Of a stretch of 64,000 bases of DNA, positions 33,201 through 50,100 are shown piece by piece. The stretch is from Eledone cirrhosa. Its lineage: Eukaryota. The translations under genes and the position numbers were made by a program. Location: assembly GCA_964016885.1 (NCBI GenBank), contig OZ024745.1, positions 930,001 through 994,000 on the forward strand, given 5' to 3'. A model generated the notes under the pieces. That model was not told the origin of the DNA. It did not search any database and saw nothing but the letters and a program-made list of their open reading frames with translations. Position 1 is the stretch's first letter, and each line of letters opens with the position of its first letter.

Positions 33201-36200
33201 ATACAGTGTACCTCTTCTAAACTAGATATACATGGTATTACAACATACAGGGATACAGTGTACCTATTCTAAACTAGATATACATGGTATTACAACATAC
33301 AGGGATACAGTGTACCTATTCTAAACTAGATATACATGGTATTACAACATACAGGGATACAGTGTACCTATTCTAAACTAGATATACATGGTAGTATGAC
33401 ATACAGGATTACAGTGTACCTATTCTAAACTAGATATACATGGTATTACAACATACAGGGATACAGTGTACCTATTCTAAACTAGATATACATGGTAGTA
33501 TGACATACAGGATTACAGTGTACCTATTCTAAACTAGATATACATGGTATTACAACATACAGGGATACAGTGTACCTATTCTAAACTAGATATACATGGT
33601 CTTATGACATACAGGGATACAGTGTACCTATTCTAAACTAGATATACATGGTATTACAACATACAGGGATACAGTGTACCTATTCTAAACTAGATATACA
33701 TGGTATTACAACATACAGGGATACAGTGTACCTATTCTAAACTAGATATACATGGTATTACAACATACAGGGATACAGTGTACATATTCTAAACTAGATA
33801 TACATGGTATTATGACATACAGGGATACAGCGTACCTATTCTAAACTAGATATACATGGTCTTACAACATACAGGGATACAGTGTACCTATTCTAAACTA
33901 GATATACATGGTATTATGACATACAGGGATACAGTGTACCTATTCTAAACTAGATATACATGGTATTACAACATACAGGGATACAGTGTACCTATTCTAA
34001 ACTAGATATATATGGTATTACAACATACAGAGATACAGTGTACCTATTCTAAACTAGATATATATGGTCTTACAACATACAGGGATACAGTGTACCTATT
34101 CTAAACTAGATATATATGATATTACAACATACAGGGATACAGTGTACCTATTCTAAACTAGGTATACATGGTATTACAACATACAGGGATACAGTGTACC
34201 TATTCTAAACTAGATATGCATGGTATTATGACATACAGGGATACAGTGTACCTATTCTAAACTAGATATACATGGTCTTACAACATACAGGGATACAGTG
34301 TACCTATTCTAAACTAGATATATATGGTCTTATGACATACAGGGATACAGTGTACCTATTCTAAACTAGATATATATGGTCTTACAACATACAGGGATGC
34401 AGTGTACCTATTCTAAACTAGATATATATGGTATTACATCATACAGGGATACAGTGTACCTATTCTAAACTAGATATATATGGTATTACAACATACAGGG
34501 ATACAGTGTACCTATTCTAATCTAGATATATATGGTATTACAACATACAGGGATACAGTGTACCTATTCTAAACTAGATATATATGGTATTACAACATAC
34601 AGGGATACAGTGTACCTATTCTAAACTAGATATATATGGTATTACAACATACAGGGATACAGTGTACCTATTCTAAACTAGATATATATGGTATTACAAC
34701 ATACAGAGATACAGTGTACCTATAATAAAATAGATATACATGGTATTATGACATACAGGGATACAGTGTACCTATTCTAAATTTGATATACATGGTATTA
34801 CAACATACAGAGATACAGTGTACCTATTCTAAACTAGATATACATGGTATTACAACATACAGGGATACAGTGTACCTATTCTAAACTAGATATATATGGT
34901 CTTACATCATACAGGGATACAGTGTACCTATTGTAAACTAGATATATATGGTATTACAAGATACAGGGACACAGTGTACCTATTCTAAACTAGATATACA
35001 TGGTATTACAACATACAGGGATACAGTGTACCTATTCTAAACTAGATATATATGGTCTTACATCATACAGGGATACAGTGTACCTATTGTAAACTAGATA
35101 TACATGGTATTACAACATACAGGGATACAGTGTACCTATTCTAAACTAGATATATATGGTCTTACAACATACAGGGATACAGTGTACCTATTCTAAACTA
35201 GATATACATGGTATTACATCATACAGGGATACAGTGTACCTATTCTAAACTAGATATATATGGTATTACAACATACAGTGTACCTATTTAAAACTAGATA
35301 TATATGGTATTACAACATACAGGGATGCAGTGTACCTATTCTAAACTAGATATACATGGTATTACAACATACAGGGATACAGTGTACCTATTCTAAACTA
35401 GGTATATATGGTATTACAAAATACAGGGATACAGTGTACCTATTCTAAACTAGGTATACATGGTATTAACACATACAGAGATACAGTGTACCTATTCTAA
35501 AATAGATATATATGGTCTTACATCATACAGGGATACAGTGTACCTATTCTAAACTAGATATACATGGTATTACATCATACAGGGATACAGTGTACCTATT
35601 CTAAACTAGATATATATGGTATTACAACATACAGGGATAGTGTACCTATTCTAAGCTAGATATACATGGTATAATGACATACAGGAATACAGTGTACCTA
35701 TTCTAAACTAGATATACATGGTGTTATGACATACAGGGATACAGTGTCCCTATTCTAAACTAGATATATATGGTATTACAACATACAGGGATACAGTGTA
35801 CCTATTCTAAACGAGATATACATGGTATTATGACATACAGGGATACAGTGTACCTATTCTAAACTAGATATATATGGTATTACAACATACAGGGATACAG
35901 TGTACCTATTCTAAACTAGATATACATGGTATTACAACATACAGGGATACAGTGTACCTATTCTAAACTAGATATATATGGTCTTACAACATACAGAGAT
36001 ACAATGTACCTATTCTAAACTAGATATACATGGTATTACAACATACAGGGATACAGTGTACCTATTCTAATCTAGATATATATGGTATTACAACATACAG
36101 GGATACAGTGTACCTATTCTAAACTAGATATATATGGTATTACAACATACAGGGATATAGTGTACCTATTCTAAACTAGATATATATGGTATTACAACAT

Positions 36201-39200
36201 ACAGGGATACAGTGTACCTATTCTAAACTAGATATATATGGTCTTACAACATACAGGGATACAGTGTACCTATTCTAAACTAGATATACATGGTATTACA
36301 TCATACAGGGATACAGTGTACCTATTCTAAACTAGATATATATGGTATTACAACATACAGGGATACAGTGTACCTATTCTAAACTAGATATACATGGTAT
36401 TACAACATACAGGGATACAGTGTACCTATTCCAAACTAGGTATATATGGTATTACAAAATACAGGGATACAGTGTACCTATTCTAAACTAGGTATACATG
36501 GTATTAACACATACAGAGATACAGTGTACCTATTCTAAACTAGATATATATGGTATTACAACATACAGGGATACAGTGTACCTATTCTAAACTAGATATA
36601 CATGGTATTACAACATACAGGGATACAGTGTACCTCTTCTAAACTAGATATACATGGTATTACAACATACAGGGATACAGTGTACCTATTCTAAACTAGA
36701 TATACATGGTATTACAACATACAGGGATACAGTGTACCTATTCTAAACTAGATATACATGGTATTACAACATACAGGGATACAGTGTACCTATTCTAAAC
36801 TAGATATACATGGTAGTATGACATACAGGATTACAGTGTACCTATTCTAAACTAGATATACATGGTATTACAACATACAGGGATACAGTGTACCTATTCT
36901 AAACTAGATATACATGGTAGTATGACATACAGGATTACAGTGTACCTATTCTAAACTAGATATACATGGTATTACAACATACAGGGATACAGTGTACCTA
37001 TTCTAATCTAGATATATATGGTATTACAACATACAGGGATACAGTGTACCTATTCTAAACTAGATATATATGGTATTACATCATACAGGGATACAGTGTA
37101 CCTATTCTAAACTAGATATATATGGTATTACAACATACAGGGATAGTGTACCTATTCTAAGCTAGATATACATGGTATAATGACATACAGGAATACAGTG
37201 TACCTATTCTAAACTAGATATACATGGTGTTATGACATACAGGGATACAGTGTCCCTATTCTAAACTAGATATATATGGTATTACAACATACAGGGATAC
37301 AGTGTACCTATTCTAAACGAGATATACATGGTATTACAGCATACAGGGATACAATGTATCTATTCTAAACTAGATATACATGGTATTATGACATACAGGG
37401 ATACAGTGTACCTATTCTAAACTAGATATATATGGTATTACAACATACAGGGATACAGTGTACCTATTCTAAACTAGATATACATGGTATTACAACATAC
37501 AGGGATACAGTGTACCTATTCTAAACTAGATATATATGGTCTTACAACATACAGAGATACAATGTACCTATTCTAAACTAGATATACATGGTATTATAAC
37601 ATACAGGGATACAGTGTACCTATTCTAATCTAGATATATATGGTATTACAACATACAGGGATACAGTGTACCTATTCTAAACTAGATATATATGGTATTA
37701 CAACATACAGGGATATAGTGTACCTATTCTAAACTAGATATATATGGTATTACAACATACAGGGATACAGTGTACCTATTCTAAACTAGATATATATGGT
37801 CTTACAACATACAGGGATACAGTGTACCTATTCTAAACTAGATATACATGGTATTACATCATACAGGGATACAGTGTACCTATTCTAAACTAGATATATA
37901 TGGTATTACAACATACAGGGATACAGTGTACCTATTCTAAACTAGATATACATGGTATTACAACATACAGGGATACAGTGTACCTATTCTAAACTAGGTA
38001 TATATGGTATTACAAAATACAGGGATACAGTGTACCTATTCTAAACTAGGTATACATGGTATTAACACATACAGAGATACAGTGTACCTATTCTAAACTA
38101 GATATATATGGTATTACAACATACAGGGATACAGTGTACCTATTCTAAACTAGATATACATGGTATTACAACATACAGGGATACAGTGTACCTCTTCTAA
38201 ACTAGATATACATGGTATTACAACATACAGGGATACAGTGTACCTATTCTAAACTAGATATACATGGTATTACAACATACAGGGATACAGTGTACCTATT
38301 CTAAACTAGATATACATGGTATTACAACATACAGGGATACAGTGTACCTATTCTAAACTAGATATACATGGTAGTATGACATACAGGATTACAGTGTACC
38401 TATTCTAAACTAGATATACATGGTATTACAACATACAGGGATACAGTGTACCTATTCTAAACTAGATATACATGGTAGTATGACATACAGGATTACAGTG
38501 TACCTATTCTAAACTAGATATACATGGTATTACAACATACAGGGATACAGTGTACCTATTCTAAACTAGATATACATGGTCTTATGACATACAGGGATAC
38601 AGTGTACCTATTCTAAACTAGATATACATGGTATTACAACATACAGGGATACAGTGTACCTATTCTAAACTAGATATACATGGTATTACAACATACAGGG
38701 ATACAGTGTACCTATTCTAAACTAGATATACATGGTATTACAACATACAGGGATACAGTGTACATATTCTAAACTAGATATACATGGTATTATGACATAC
38801 AGGGATACAGCGTACCTATTCTAAACTAGATATACATGGTCTTACAACATACAGGGATACAGTGTACCTATTCTAAACTAGATATACATGGTATTATGAC
38901 ATACAGGGATACAGTGTACCTATTCTAAACTAGATATACATGGTATTACAACATACAGGGATACAGTGTACCTATTCTAAACTAGATATATATGGTATTA
39001 CAACATACAGAGATACAGTGTACCTATTCTAAACTAGATATATATGGTCTTACAACATACAGGGATACAGTGTACCTATTCTAAACTAGATATATATGAT
39101 ATTACAACATACAGGGATACAGTGTACCTATTCTAAACTAGGTATACATGGTATTACAACATACAGGGATACAGTGTACCTATTCTAAACTAGATATGCA

Positions 39201-39680
39201 TGGTATTATGACATACAGGGATACAGTGTACCTATTCTAAACTAGATATACATGGTCTTACAACATACAGGGATACAGTGTACCTATTCTAAACTAGATA
39301 TATATGGTCTTATGACATACAGGGATACAGTGTACCTATTCTAAACTAGATATATATGGTCTTACAACATACAGGGATGCAGTGTACCTATTCTAAACTA
39401 GATATATATGGTATTACATCATACAGGGATACAGTGTACCTATTCTAAACTAGATATATATGGTATTACAACATACAGGGATACAGTGTACCTATTCTAA
39501 TCTAGATATATATGGTATTACAACATACAGGGATACAGTGTACCTATTCTAAACTAGATATATATGGTATTACAACATACAGGGATACAGTGTACCTATT
39601 CTAAACTAGATATATATGGTATTACAACATACAGGGATACAGTGTACCTATTCTAAACTAGATATATATGGTATTACAAC
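30241..39680. repeat. Near-tandem duplication with period 4,980 bp (96x52-12); about 30241-34700 matches about 35221-39680
   Basis: Printed lines match at offset 4980: 30301/35281, CCAAACTAGG 31451/36431, TAGATATGCA 34211/39191. Only two differences were noticed (about 31215 and about 31909). Confidence 0.93.
30560..33580. repeat. Nested tandem duplication of about 30 monomers (1,558 bp) inside the 4,980-bp unit; repeated at about 35540-38560
   Basis: The rare variant CCTCTTCT at 31653 and 33211 (offset 1558 = 30x52-2) recurs at 36633 and 38191. GGATATAG and the GGTATAATGAC/GGAATAC group are also doubled. Confidence 0.82.
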
Positions 39681-42600
39681 ATACAGGGATACAGTGTACC
39701 TATTCTAAACTAGATATATATGGTATTACAACATACAGGGATAGTGTACCTATTCTAAGCTAGATATACATGGTATTACAACATACAGGGATACAGTGTA
39801 CCTATTCTAATCTAGATATATATGGTATTACAACATACAGGGATACAGTGTACCTATTCTAAACTAGATATATATGGTATTACAACATACAGGGATACAG
39901 TATACCTATTCTAAACTAGATATATATGGTATTACAACATACAGGTATACATTGTACCTATTCTAAACTAGGTATATATGGTATTACAACATACAGGGAT
40001 ACAGTGTAACTATTCTAAACTAGATATACATGGTATTACAACATACAGGGATACAGTGTACCTATTTTAAACTAGATATACATGGTAGTATGACATACAG
40101 GGATACAGCGTACCTATTCTAAACTAGATATACATGGTCTTACAACATACAGGGATACAGTGTACCTATTCTAAACTAGATATACATGGTATTATGACAT
40201 ACAGGGATACAGTGTACCTATTCTAAACTAGATATACATGGTTTTATGACATACAGGGATACAGTGTACCTATTCTAAACTAGATATACATGGTCTTACA
40301 ACATACAGGGATACAGTGTACCTATTCTAAACTAGATATACATGGTATTATGACATACAGGGATACAGTGTACCTATTCTAAACTAGATATAGATGGTCT
40401 TATGACATACAGGGATACAGTGTACCTATTCTAAACTAGATATACATGGTCTTACAACATACAGGGATACAGTGTACCTATTCTAAACTAAATATATATG
40501 GTATTATGACATACAGGGATACAGTGTACCTATTCTAAACTAGATATACATGGTATTACAACATACAGGGATACAGTGTACCTATTCTAAACTAGATATA
40601 TATGGTATTACAACATAGAGATACAGTGTACCTATAATAAAATAGATATACATGGTATTATGACATACAGGGATACAGTGTACCTATTGTAAACTAGATA
40701 TACATGGTATTACAACATACAGGGATACAGTGTACCTATTCTAAACTAGATATATATGGTCTTACATCATACAGGGATACAGTGTACCTATTGTAAACTA
40801 GATATATATGGTATTACAACATACAGGGACACAGTGTACCTATTCTAAACTAGATATACATGGTATTACAACATACAGGGATACAGTGTACCTATTCTAA
40901 ACTAGATATATATGGTCTTACATCATACAGGGATACAGTGTACCTATTGTAAACTAGATATATATGGTATTACAACATACAGGGATACAGTGTACCTATT
41001 CTAAACTAGATATACATGGTATTAACACATACAGAGATACAGTGTACCTATTCTAAACTAGATATACATGGTATTACATCATACAGGGATACAGTGTACC
41101 TATTGTAAACTAGATATACATGGTATTACAACATACAGGGATACAGTGTACCTATTCTAAACTAGATATATATGGTCTTACAACATACAGGGATACAGTG
41201 TACCTATTCTAAACTAGATATACATGGTATTACATCATACAGGGATACAGTGTACCTATTCTAAACTAGATATATATGGTATTACAACATACAGTGTACC
41301 TATTTAAAACTAGATATATATGGTATTACAACATACAGGGATACAGTGTACCTATTCTAAACTAGATATACATGGTATTACAACATACAGGGATACAGTG
41401 TACCTATTCTAAACTAGGTATATATGGTATTACAAAATACAGGGATACAGTGTACCTATTCTAAACTAGGTATACATGGTATTAACACATACAGAGATAC
41501 AGTGTACCTATTCTAAAATAGATATATATGGTCTTACATCATACAGGGATACAGTGTACCTATTCTAAACTAGATATACATGGTATTACATCATACAGGG
41601 ATACAGTGTACCTATTCTAAACTAGATATATATGGTATTACAACATACAGGGATAGTGTACCTATTCTAAGCTAGATATACATGGTATAATGACATACAG
41701 GAATACAGTGTACCTATTCTAAACTAGATATACATGGTGTTATGACATACAGGGATACAGTGTCCCTATTCTAATCTAGATATATATGGTATTACAACAT
41801 ACAGGGATACAGTGTACCTATTCTAAACTAGATATATATGGTATTACAACATACAGGGATACAGTGTACCTATTCTAAACTAGATATATATGGTATTACA
41901 ACATACAGGGATACAGTGTACCTATTCTAAACTATGTATATATGGTATTACAACATACAGGGATACAGTGTACCTATTCTAAACTAGATATATATGGTAT
42001 TACAACATACAGGGATACAGTGTACCTATTCTAAACTAGATATACATGGTCTTACAACATACAGGGATACAGTGTACCTATTCTAAACTAGATATACATG
42101 GTCTTACAACATACAGGGATACAGTGTACCTATTCTAAACTAGATATATATGGTATTACAACATACAGGGATACAGTATACCTATTCTAAACTAGATATA
42201 TATGGTATTACAACATACAGGTACACATTGTACCTATTCTAAACTAGGTATATATGGTATTACAACATACAGGGATACAGTGTAACTATTCTAAACTAGA
42301 TATACATGGTATTACAACATACAGGGATACAGTGTACCTATTTTAAACTAGATATACATGGTAGTATGACATACAGGGATACAGCGTACCTATTCTAAAC
42401 TAGATATACATGGTCTTACAACATACAGGGATACAGTGTACCTATTCTAAACTAGATATACATGGTATTATGACATACAGGGATACAGTGTACCTATTCT
42501 AAACTAGATATACATGGTTTTATGACATACAGGGATACAGTGTACCTATTCTAAACTAGATATACATGGTCTTACAACATACAGGGATACAGTGTACCTA

Positions 42601-44399
42601 TTCTAAACTAGATATACATGGTATTATGACATACAGGGATACAGTGTACCTATTCTAAACTAGATATAGATGGTCTTATGACATACAGGGATACAGTGTA
42701 CCTATTCTAAACTAGATATACATGGTCTTACAACATACAGGGATACAGTGTACCTATTCTAAACTAAATATATATGGTATTATGACATACAGGGATACAG
42801 TGTACCTATTCTAAACTAGATATACATGGTATTACAACATACAGGGATACAGTGTACCTATTCTAAACTAGATATATATGGTATTACAACATACAGAGAT
42901 ACAGTGTACCTATAATAAAATAGATATACATGGTATTATGACATACAGGGATACAGTGTACCTATTCTAAATTTGATATACATGGTATTACAACATACAG
43001 AGATACAGTGTACCTATTCTAAACTAGATATACATGGTATTACAACATACAGGGATACAGTGTACCTATTCTAAACTAGATATATATGGTCTTACATCAT
43101 ACAGGGATACAGTGTACCTATTGTAAACTAGATATATATGGTATTACAACATACAGGGACACAGTGTACCTATTCTAAACTAGATATACATGGTATTACA
43201 ACATACAGGGATACAGTGTACCTATTCTAAACTAGATATATATGGTCTTACATCATACAGGGATACAGTGTACCTATTGTAAACTAGATATATATGGTAT
43301 TACAACATACAGGGATACAGTGTACCTATTCTAAACTAGATATACATGGTATTAACACATACAGAGATACAGTGTACCTATTCTAAACTAGATATACATG
43401 GTATTACATCATACAGGGATACAGTGTACCTATTGTAAACTAGATATACATGGTATTACAACATACAGGGATACAGTGTACCTATTCTAAACTAGATATA
43501 TATGGTCTTACAACATACAGGGATACAGTGTACCTATTCTAAACTAGATATACATGGTATTACATCATACAGGGATACAGTGTACCTATTGTAAACTAGA
43601 TATATATGGTATTACAAAATACAGGGATACAGTGTACCTATTCTAAACTAGGTATACATGGTATTAACACATACAGAGTTACAGTGTACCTATTCTAAAA
43701 TAGATATATATGGTCTTACATCATACAGGGATACAGTGTACCTATTCTAAACTAGATATACATGGTATTACATCATACAGGGATACAGTGTACCTATTCT
43801 AAACTAGATATATATGGTATTACAACATACAGGGATAGTGTACCTATTCTAAGCTAGATATACATGGTATAATGACATACAGGAATACAGTGTACCTATT
43901 CTAAACTAGATATACATGGTGTTATGACATACAGGGATACAGTGTCCCTATTCTAAACTAGATATATATGGTATTACAACATACAGGGATACAGTGTACC
44001 TATTCTAAACGAGATATACATGGTATTACAGCATACAGGGATACAATGTATCTATTCTAAACTAGATATACATGGTATTATGACATACAGGGATACAGTG
44101 TACCTATTCTAAACTAGATATATATGGTATTACAACATACAGGGATACAGTGTACCTATTCTAAACTAGATATACATGGTATTACAACATACAGGGATAC
44201 AGTGTACCTATTCTAAACTAGATATATATGGTCTTACAACATACAGAGATACAATGTACCTATTCTAAACTAGATATACATGGTATTACAACATACAGGG
44301 ATACAGTGTACCTATTCTAATCTAGATATATATGGTATTACAACATACAGGGATACAGTGTACCTATTCTAAACTAGATATATATGGTATTACAACATA

Positions 44400-47170
44400 C
44401 AGGGATATAGTGTACCTATTCTAAACTAGATATATATGGTATTACAACATACAGGGATACAGTGTACCTATTCTAAACTATGTATATATGGTATTACAAC
44501 ATACAGGGATACAGTGTACCTATTCTAAACTAGATATATATGGTATTACAACATACAGGGATACAGTGTACCTATTCTAAACTAGATATACATGGTCTTA
44601 CAACATACAGGGATACAGTGTACCTATTCTAAACTAGATATACATGGTCTTACAACATACAGGGATACAGTGTACCTATTCTAAACTAGATATACATGGT
44701 CTTACAACATACAGGGATACAGTGTACCTATTCTAAACTAGATATATATGGTATTACAACATACAGGGATACAGTGTACCTATTCTAAACTAGGTATATA
44801 TGGTATTACAACATACAGGGATACAGTGTACCTATTCTAAACTAGATATATATGGTATTACAACATACAGGGATACAGTGTACGTATTCTAAACTAGGTA
44901 TATATGGTATTACAACATACAGGGATACAGTGTACCTATTCTAAACTAGATATACATGGTATTACAACATATAGGGATACAGTGTACCTATTTTAAACTA
45001 GATATACATGGTAGTATGACATACAGGGATAGTGTACCTATTTTAAACTAGATATACATGGTATTAACACATACAGAGATACAGTGTACCTATTCTAAAC
45101 TAGATATATATGGTATTACAACATACATGGATACAGTGTACCTATTCTAAACTTGATATACATGGTATTACAACATACAGGGATACAGTGTACCTATTCT
45201 AAACTAGATATATATGGTATTATGACATACAGGGATACAGTGTACCTATTCTAAACTAGATATACATGGTATTACAACATACAGGGATACAGTGTACCTA
45301 TTCTAAACTAGATATACATGGTATTACAACATACAGGGATACAGTGTACCTATTCTAAACTAGATATACATGGTCTTATGACATACAGGGATACAGTGTA
45401 CCTATTCTAAACTAGATATACATGGTCTTACAACATACAGGGATACAGTGTACCTATTCTAAACTAAATATATATGGTATTATGACATACAGGGATACAG
45501 TGTACCTATTCTAAACTAGATATACATGGTATTACAACATACAGGGATACAGTGTACCTATTCTAAACTAGATATATATGGTATTACAACATACAGAGAT
45601 ACAGTGTACCTATAATAAAATAGATATACATGGTATTATGACATACAGGGATACAGTGTACCTATTCTAAATTTGATATACATGGTATTACAACATACAG
45701 AGATACAGTGTACCTATTCTAAACTAGATATACATGGTATTACAACATACAGGGATACAGTGTACCTATTCTAAACTAGATATATATGGTATTACAACAT
45801 ACAGGGATACAGTGTACCTATTCTAAACTAGATATATATGGTATTACAACATACAGGGATACAGTGTACCTATTCTAAACTATGTATATATGGTATTACA
45901 ACATACAGGGATACAGTGTACCTATTCTAAACTAGATATATATGGTATTACAACATACAGGGATACAGTGTACCTATTCTAAACTAGATATACATGGTCT
46001 TACAACATACAGGGATACAGTGTACCTATTCTAAACTAGATATACATGGTCTTACAACATACAGGGATACAGTGTACCTATTCTAAACTAGATATACATG
46101 GTCTTACAACATACACGGATACAGTGTACCTATTCTAAACTAGATATATATGGTATTACAACATACAGGGATACAGTGTACCTATTCTAAACTAGGTATA
46201 TATGGTATTACAACATACAGGGATACAGTGTACCTATTCTAAACTAGATATATATGGTATTACAACATACAGGGATACAGTGTACGTATTCTAAACTAGG
46301 TATATATGGTATTACAACATACAGGGATACAGTGTACCTATTCTAAACTAGATATACATGGTATTACAACATATAGGGATACAGTGTACCTATTTTAAAC
46401 TAGATATACATGGTAGTATGACATACAGGGATAGTGTACCTATTTTAAACTAGATATACATGGTATTAACACATACAGAGATACAGTGTACCTATTCTAA
46501 ACTAGATATATATGGTATTACAACATACATGGATACAGTGTACCTATTCTAAACTTGATATACATGGTATTACAACATACAGGGATACAGTGTACCTATT
46601 CTAAACTAGATATATATGGTATTATGACATACAGGGATACAGTGTACCTATTCTAAACTAGATATACATGGTATTACAACATACAGGGATACAGTGTACC
46701 TATTCTAAACTAGATATACATGGTATTACAACATACAGGGATACAGTGTACCTATTCTAAACTAGATATACATGGTCTTATGACATACAGGGATACAGTG
46801 TACCTATTCTAAACTAGATATACATGGTCTTACAACATACAGGGATACAGTGTACCTATTCTAAACTAAATATATATGGTATTATGACATACAGGGATAC
46901 AGTGTACCTATTCTAAACTAGATATACATGGTATTACAACATACAGGGATACAGTGTACCTATTCTAAACTAGATATATATGGTATTACAACATACAGAG
47001 ATACAGTGTACCTATAATAAAATAGATATACATGGTATTATGACATACAGGGATACAGTGTACCTATTCTAAATTTGATATACATGGTATTACAACATAC
47101 AGAGATACAGTGTACCTATTCTAAACTAGATATACATGGTATTACAACATACAGGGATACAGTGTACCTA
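44400..47170. repeat. Tandem duplication of a 27-monomer unit (1,402 bp = 27x52-2)
   Basis: The private variant TACGTATT at 44881 and 46283; ATATAGGG, GATAGTG+TTTTAAAC, AAACTTGAT and CTATGTAT each occur once per unit in the same order. Confidence 0.9.
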
Positions 47171-50100
47171 TTCTAAACTAGATATATATGGTCTTACATC
47201 ATACAGGGATACAGTGTACCTATTGTAAACTAGATATATATGGTATTACAACATACAGGGACACAGTGTACCTATTCTAAACTAGATATACATGGTATTA
47301 CAACATACAGGGATACAGTGTACCTATTCTAAACTAGATATATATGGTCTTACATCATACAGGGATACAGTGTACCTATTGTAAACTAGATATATATGGT
47401 ATTACAACATACAGGGATACAGTGTACCTATTCTAAACTAGATATACATGGTATTAACACATACAGAGATACAGTGTACCTATTCTAAACTAGATATACA
47501 TGGTATTACATCATACAGGGATACAGTGTACCTATTGTAAACTAGATATACATGGTATTACAACATACAGGGATACAGTGTACCTATTCTAAACTAGATA
47601 TATATGGTCTTACAACATACAGGGATACAGTGTACCTATTCTAAACTAGATATACATGGTATTACATCATACAGGGATACAGTGTACCTATTCTAAACTA
47701 GATATATATGGTATTACAACATACAGTGTACCTATTTAAAACTAGATATATATGGTATTACAACATACAGGGATACAGTGTACCTATTCTAAACTAGATA
47801 TACATGGTATTACAACATACAGGGATACAGTGTACCTATTCTAAACTAGGTATATATGGTATTACAAAATACAGGGATACAGTGTACCTATTCTAAACTA
47901 GGTATACATGGTATTAACACATACAGAGATACAGTGTACCTATTCTAAAATAGATATATATGGTCTTACATCATACAGGGATACAGTGTACCTATTCTAA
48001 ACTAGATATACATGGTATTACATCATACAGGGATACAGTGTACCTATTCTAAACTAGATATATATGGTATTACAACATACAGGGATAGTGTACCTATTCT
48101 AAGCTAGATATACATGGTATAATGACATACAGGAATACAGTGTACCTATTCTAAACTAGATATACATGGTGTTATGACATACAGGGATACAGTGTCCCTA
48201 TTCTAAACTAGATATATATGGTATTACAACATACAGGGATACAGTGTACCTATTCTAAACGAGATATACATGGTATTACAGCATACAGGGATACAATGTA
48301 TCTATTCTAAACTAGATATACATGGTATTATGACATACAGGGATACAGTGTACCTATTCTAAACTAGATATATATGGTATTACAACATACAGGGATACAG
48401 TGAACCTATTCTAAACTAGATATACATGGTATTACAACATACAGGGATACAGTGTACCTATTCTAAACTAGATATATATGGTCTTACAACATACAGAGAT
48501 ACAATGTACCTATTCTAAACTAGATATACATGGTATTACAACATACAGGGATACAGTGTACCTATTCTAATCTAGATATATATGGTATTACAACATACAG
48601 GGATACAGTGTACCTATTCTAAACTAGATATATATGGTATTACAACATACAGGGATACAGTGTACCTATTCTAAACGAGATATACATGGTATTACAGCAT
48701 ACAGGGATACAATGTATCTATTCTAAACTAGATATACATGGTATTATGACATACAGGGATACAGTGTACCTATTCTAAACTAGATATATATGGTATTACA
48801 ACATACAGGGATACAGTGTACCTATTCTAAACTAGATATACATGGTATTACAACATACAGGGATACAGTGTACCTATTCTAAACTAGATATATATGGTCT
48901 TACAACATACAGGGATACAGTGTACCTATTCTAAACTAGATATACATGGTATTACAACATACAGGGATACAGTGTACCTATTCTAAACTAGATATACATG
49001 GTCTTATGACATACAGGGATACAGTGTACCTATTCTAAACTAGATATACATGGTCTTACAACATACAGGGATACAGTGTACCTATTCTAAACTAAATATA
49101 TATGGTATTATGACATACAGGGATACAGTGTACCTATTCTAAACTAGATATATATGGTCTTACATCATACAGGGATACAGTGTACCTATTGTAAACTAGA
49201 TATATATGGTATTACAACATACAGGGATACAGTGTACCTATTCTAAACTAGATATACATGGTATTAACACATACAGAGATACAGTGTACCTATTCTAAAC
49301 TAGATATACATGGTATTACATCATACAGGGATACAGTGTACCTATTGTAAACTAGATATACATGGTATTACAACATACAGGGATACAGTGTACCTATTCT
49401 AAACTAGATATATATGGTCTTACAACATACAGGGATACAGTGTACCTATTCTAAACTAGATATACATGGTATTACATCATACAGGGATACAGTGTACCTA
49501 TTCTAAACTAGATATATATGGTATTACAACATACAGTGTACCTATTTAAAACTAGATATATATGGTATTACAACATACAGGGATACAGTGTACCTATTCT
49601 AAACTAGATATACATGGTATTACAACATACAGGGATACAGTGTACCTATTCTAAACTAGGTATATATGGTATTACAAAATACAGGGATACAGTGTACCTA
49701 TTCTAAACTAGATATATATGGTCTTACAACATACAGAGATACAGTGTACCTATAATAAAATAGATATACATGGTATTATGACATACAGGGATACAGTGTA
49801 CCTATTCTAAACTAGATATATATGGTATTACAACATACAGGGATACAGTGTACCTATAATAAAATAGATATACATGGTATTATGACATACAGGGATACAG
49901 TGTACCTATTCTAAATTTGATATACATGGTATTACAACATACAGAGATACAGTGTACCTATTCTAAACTAGATATACATGGTATTACAACATACAGGGAT
50001 ACAGTGTACCTATTCTAAACTAGATATATATGGTCTTACATCATACAGGGATACAGTGTACCTATTCTAAACTAGATATACATGGTATTACAACATACAG

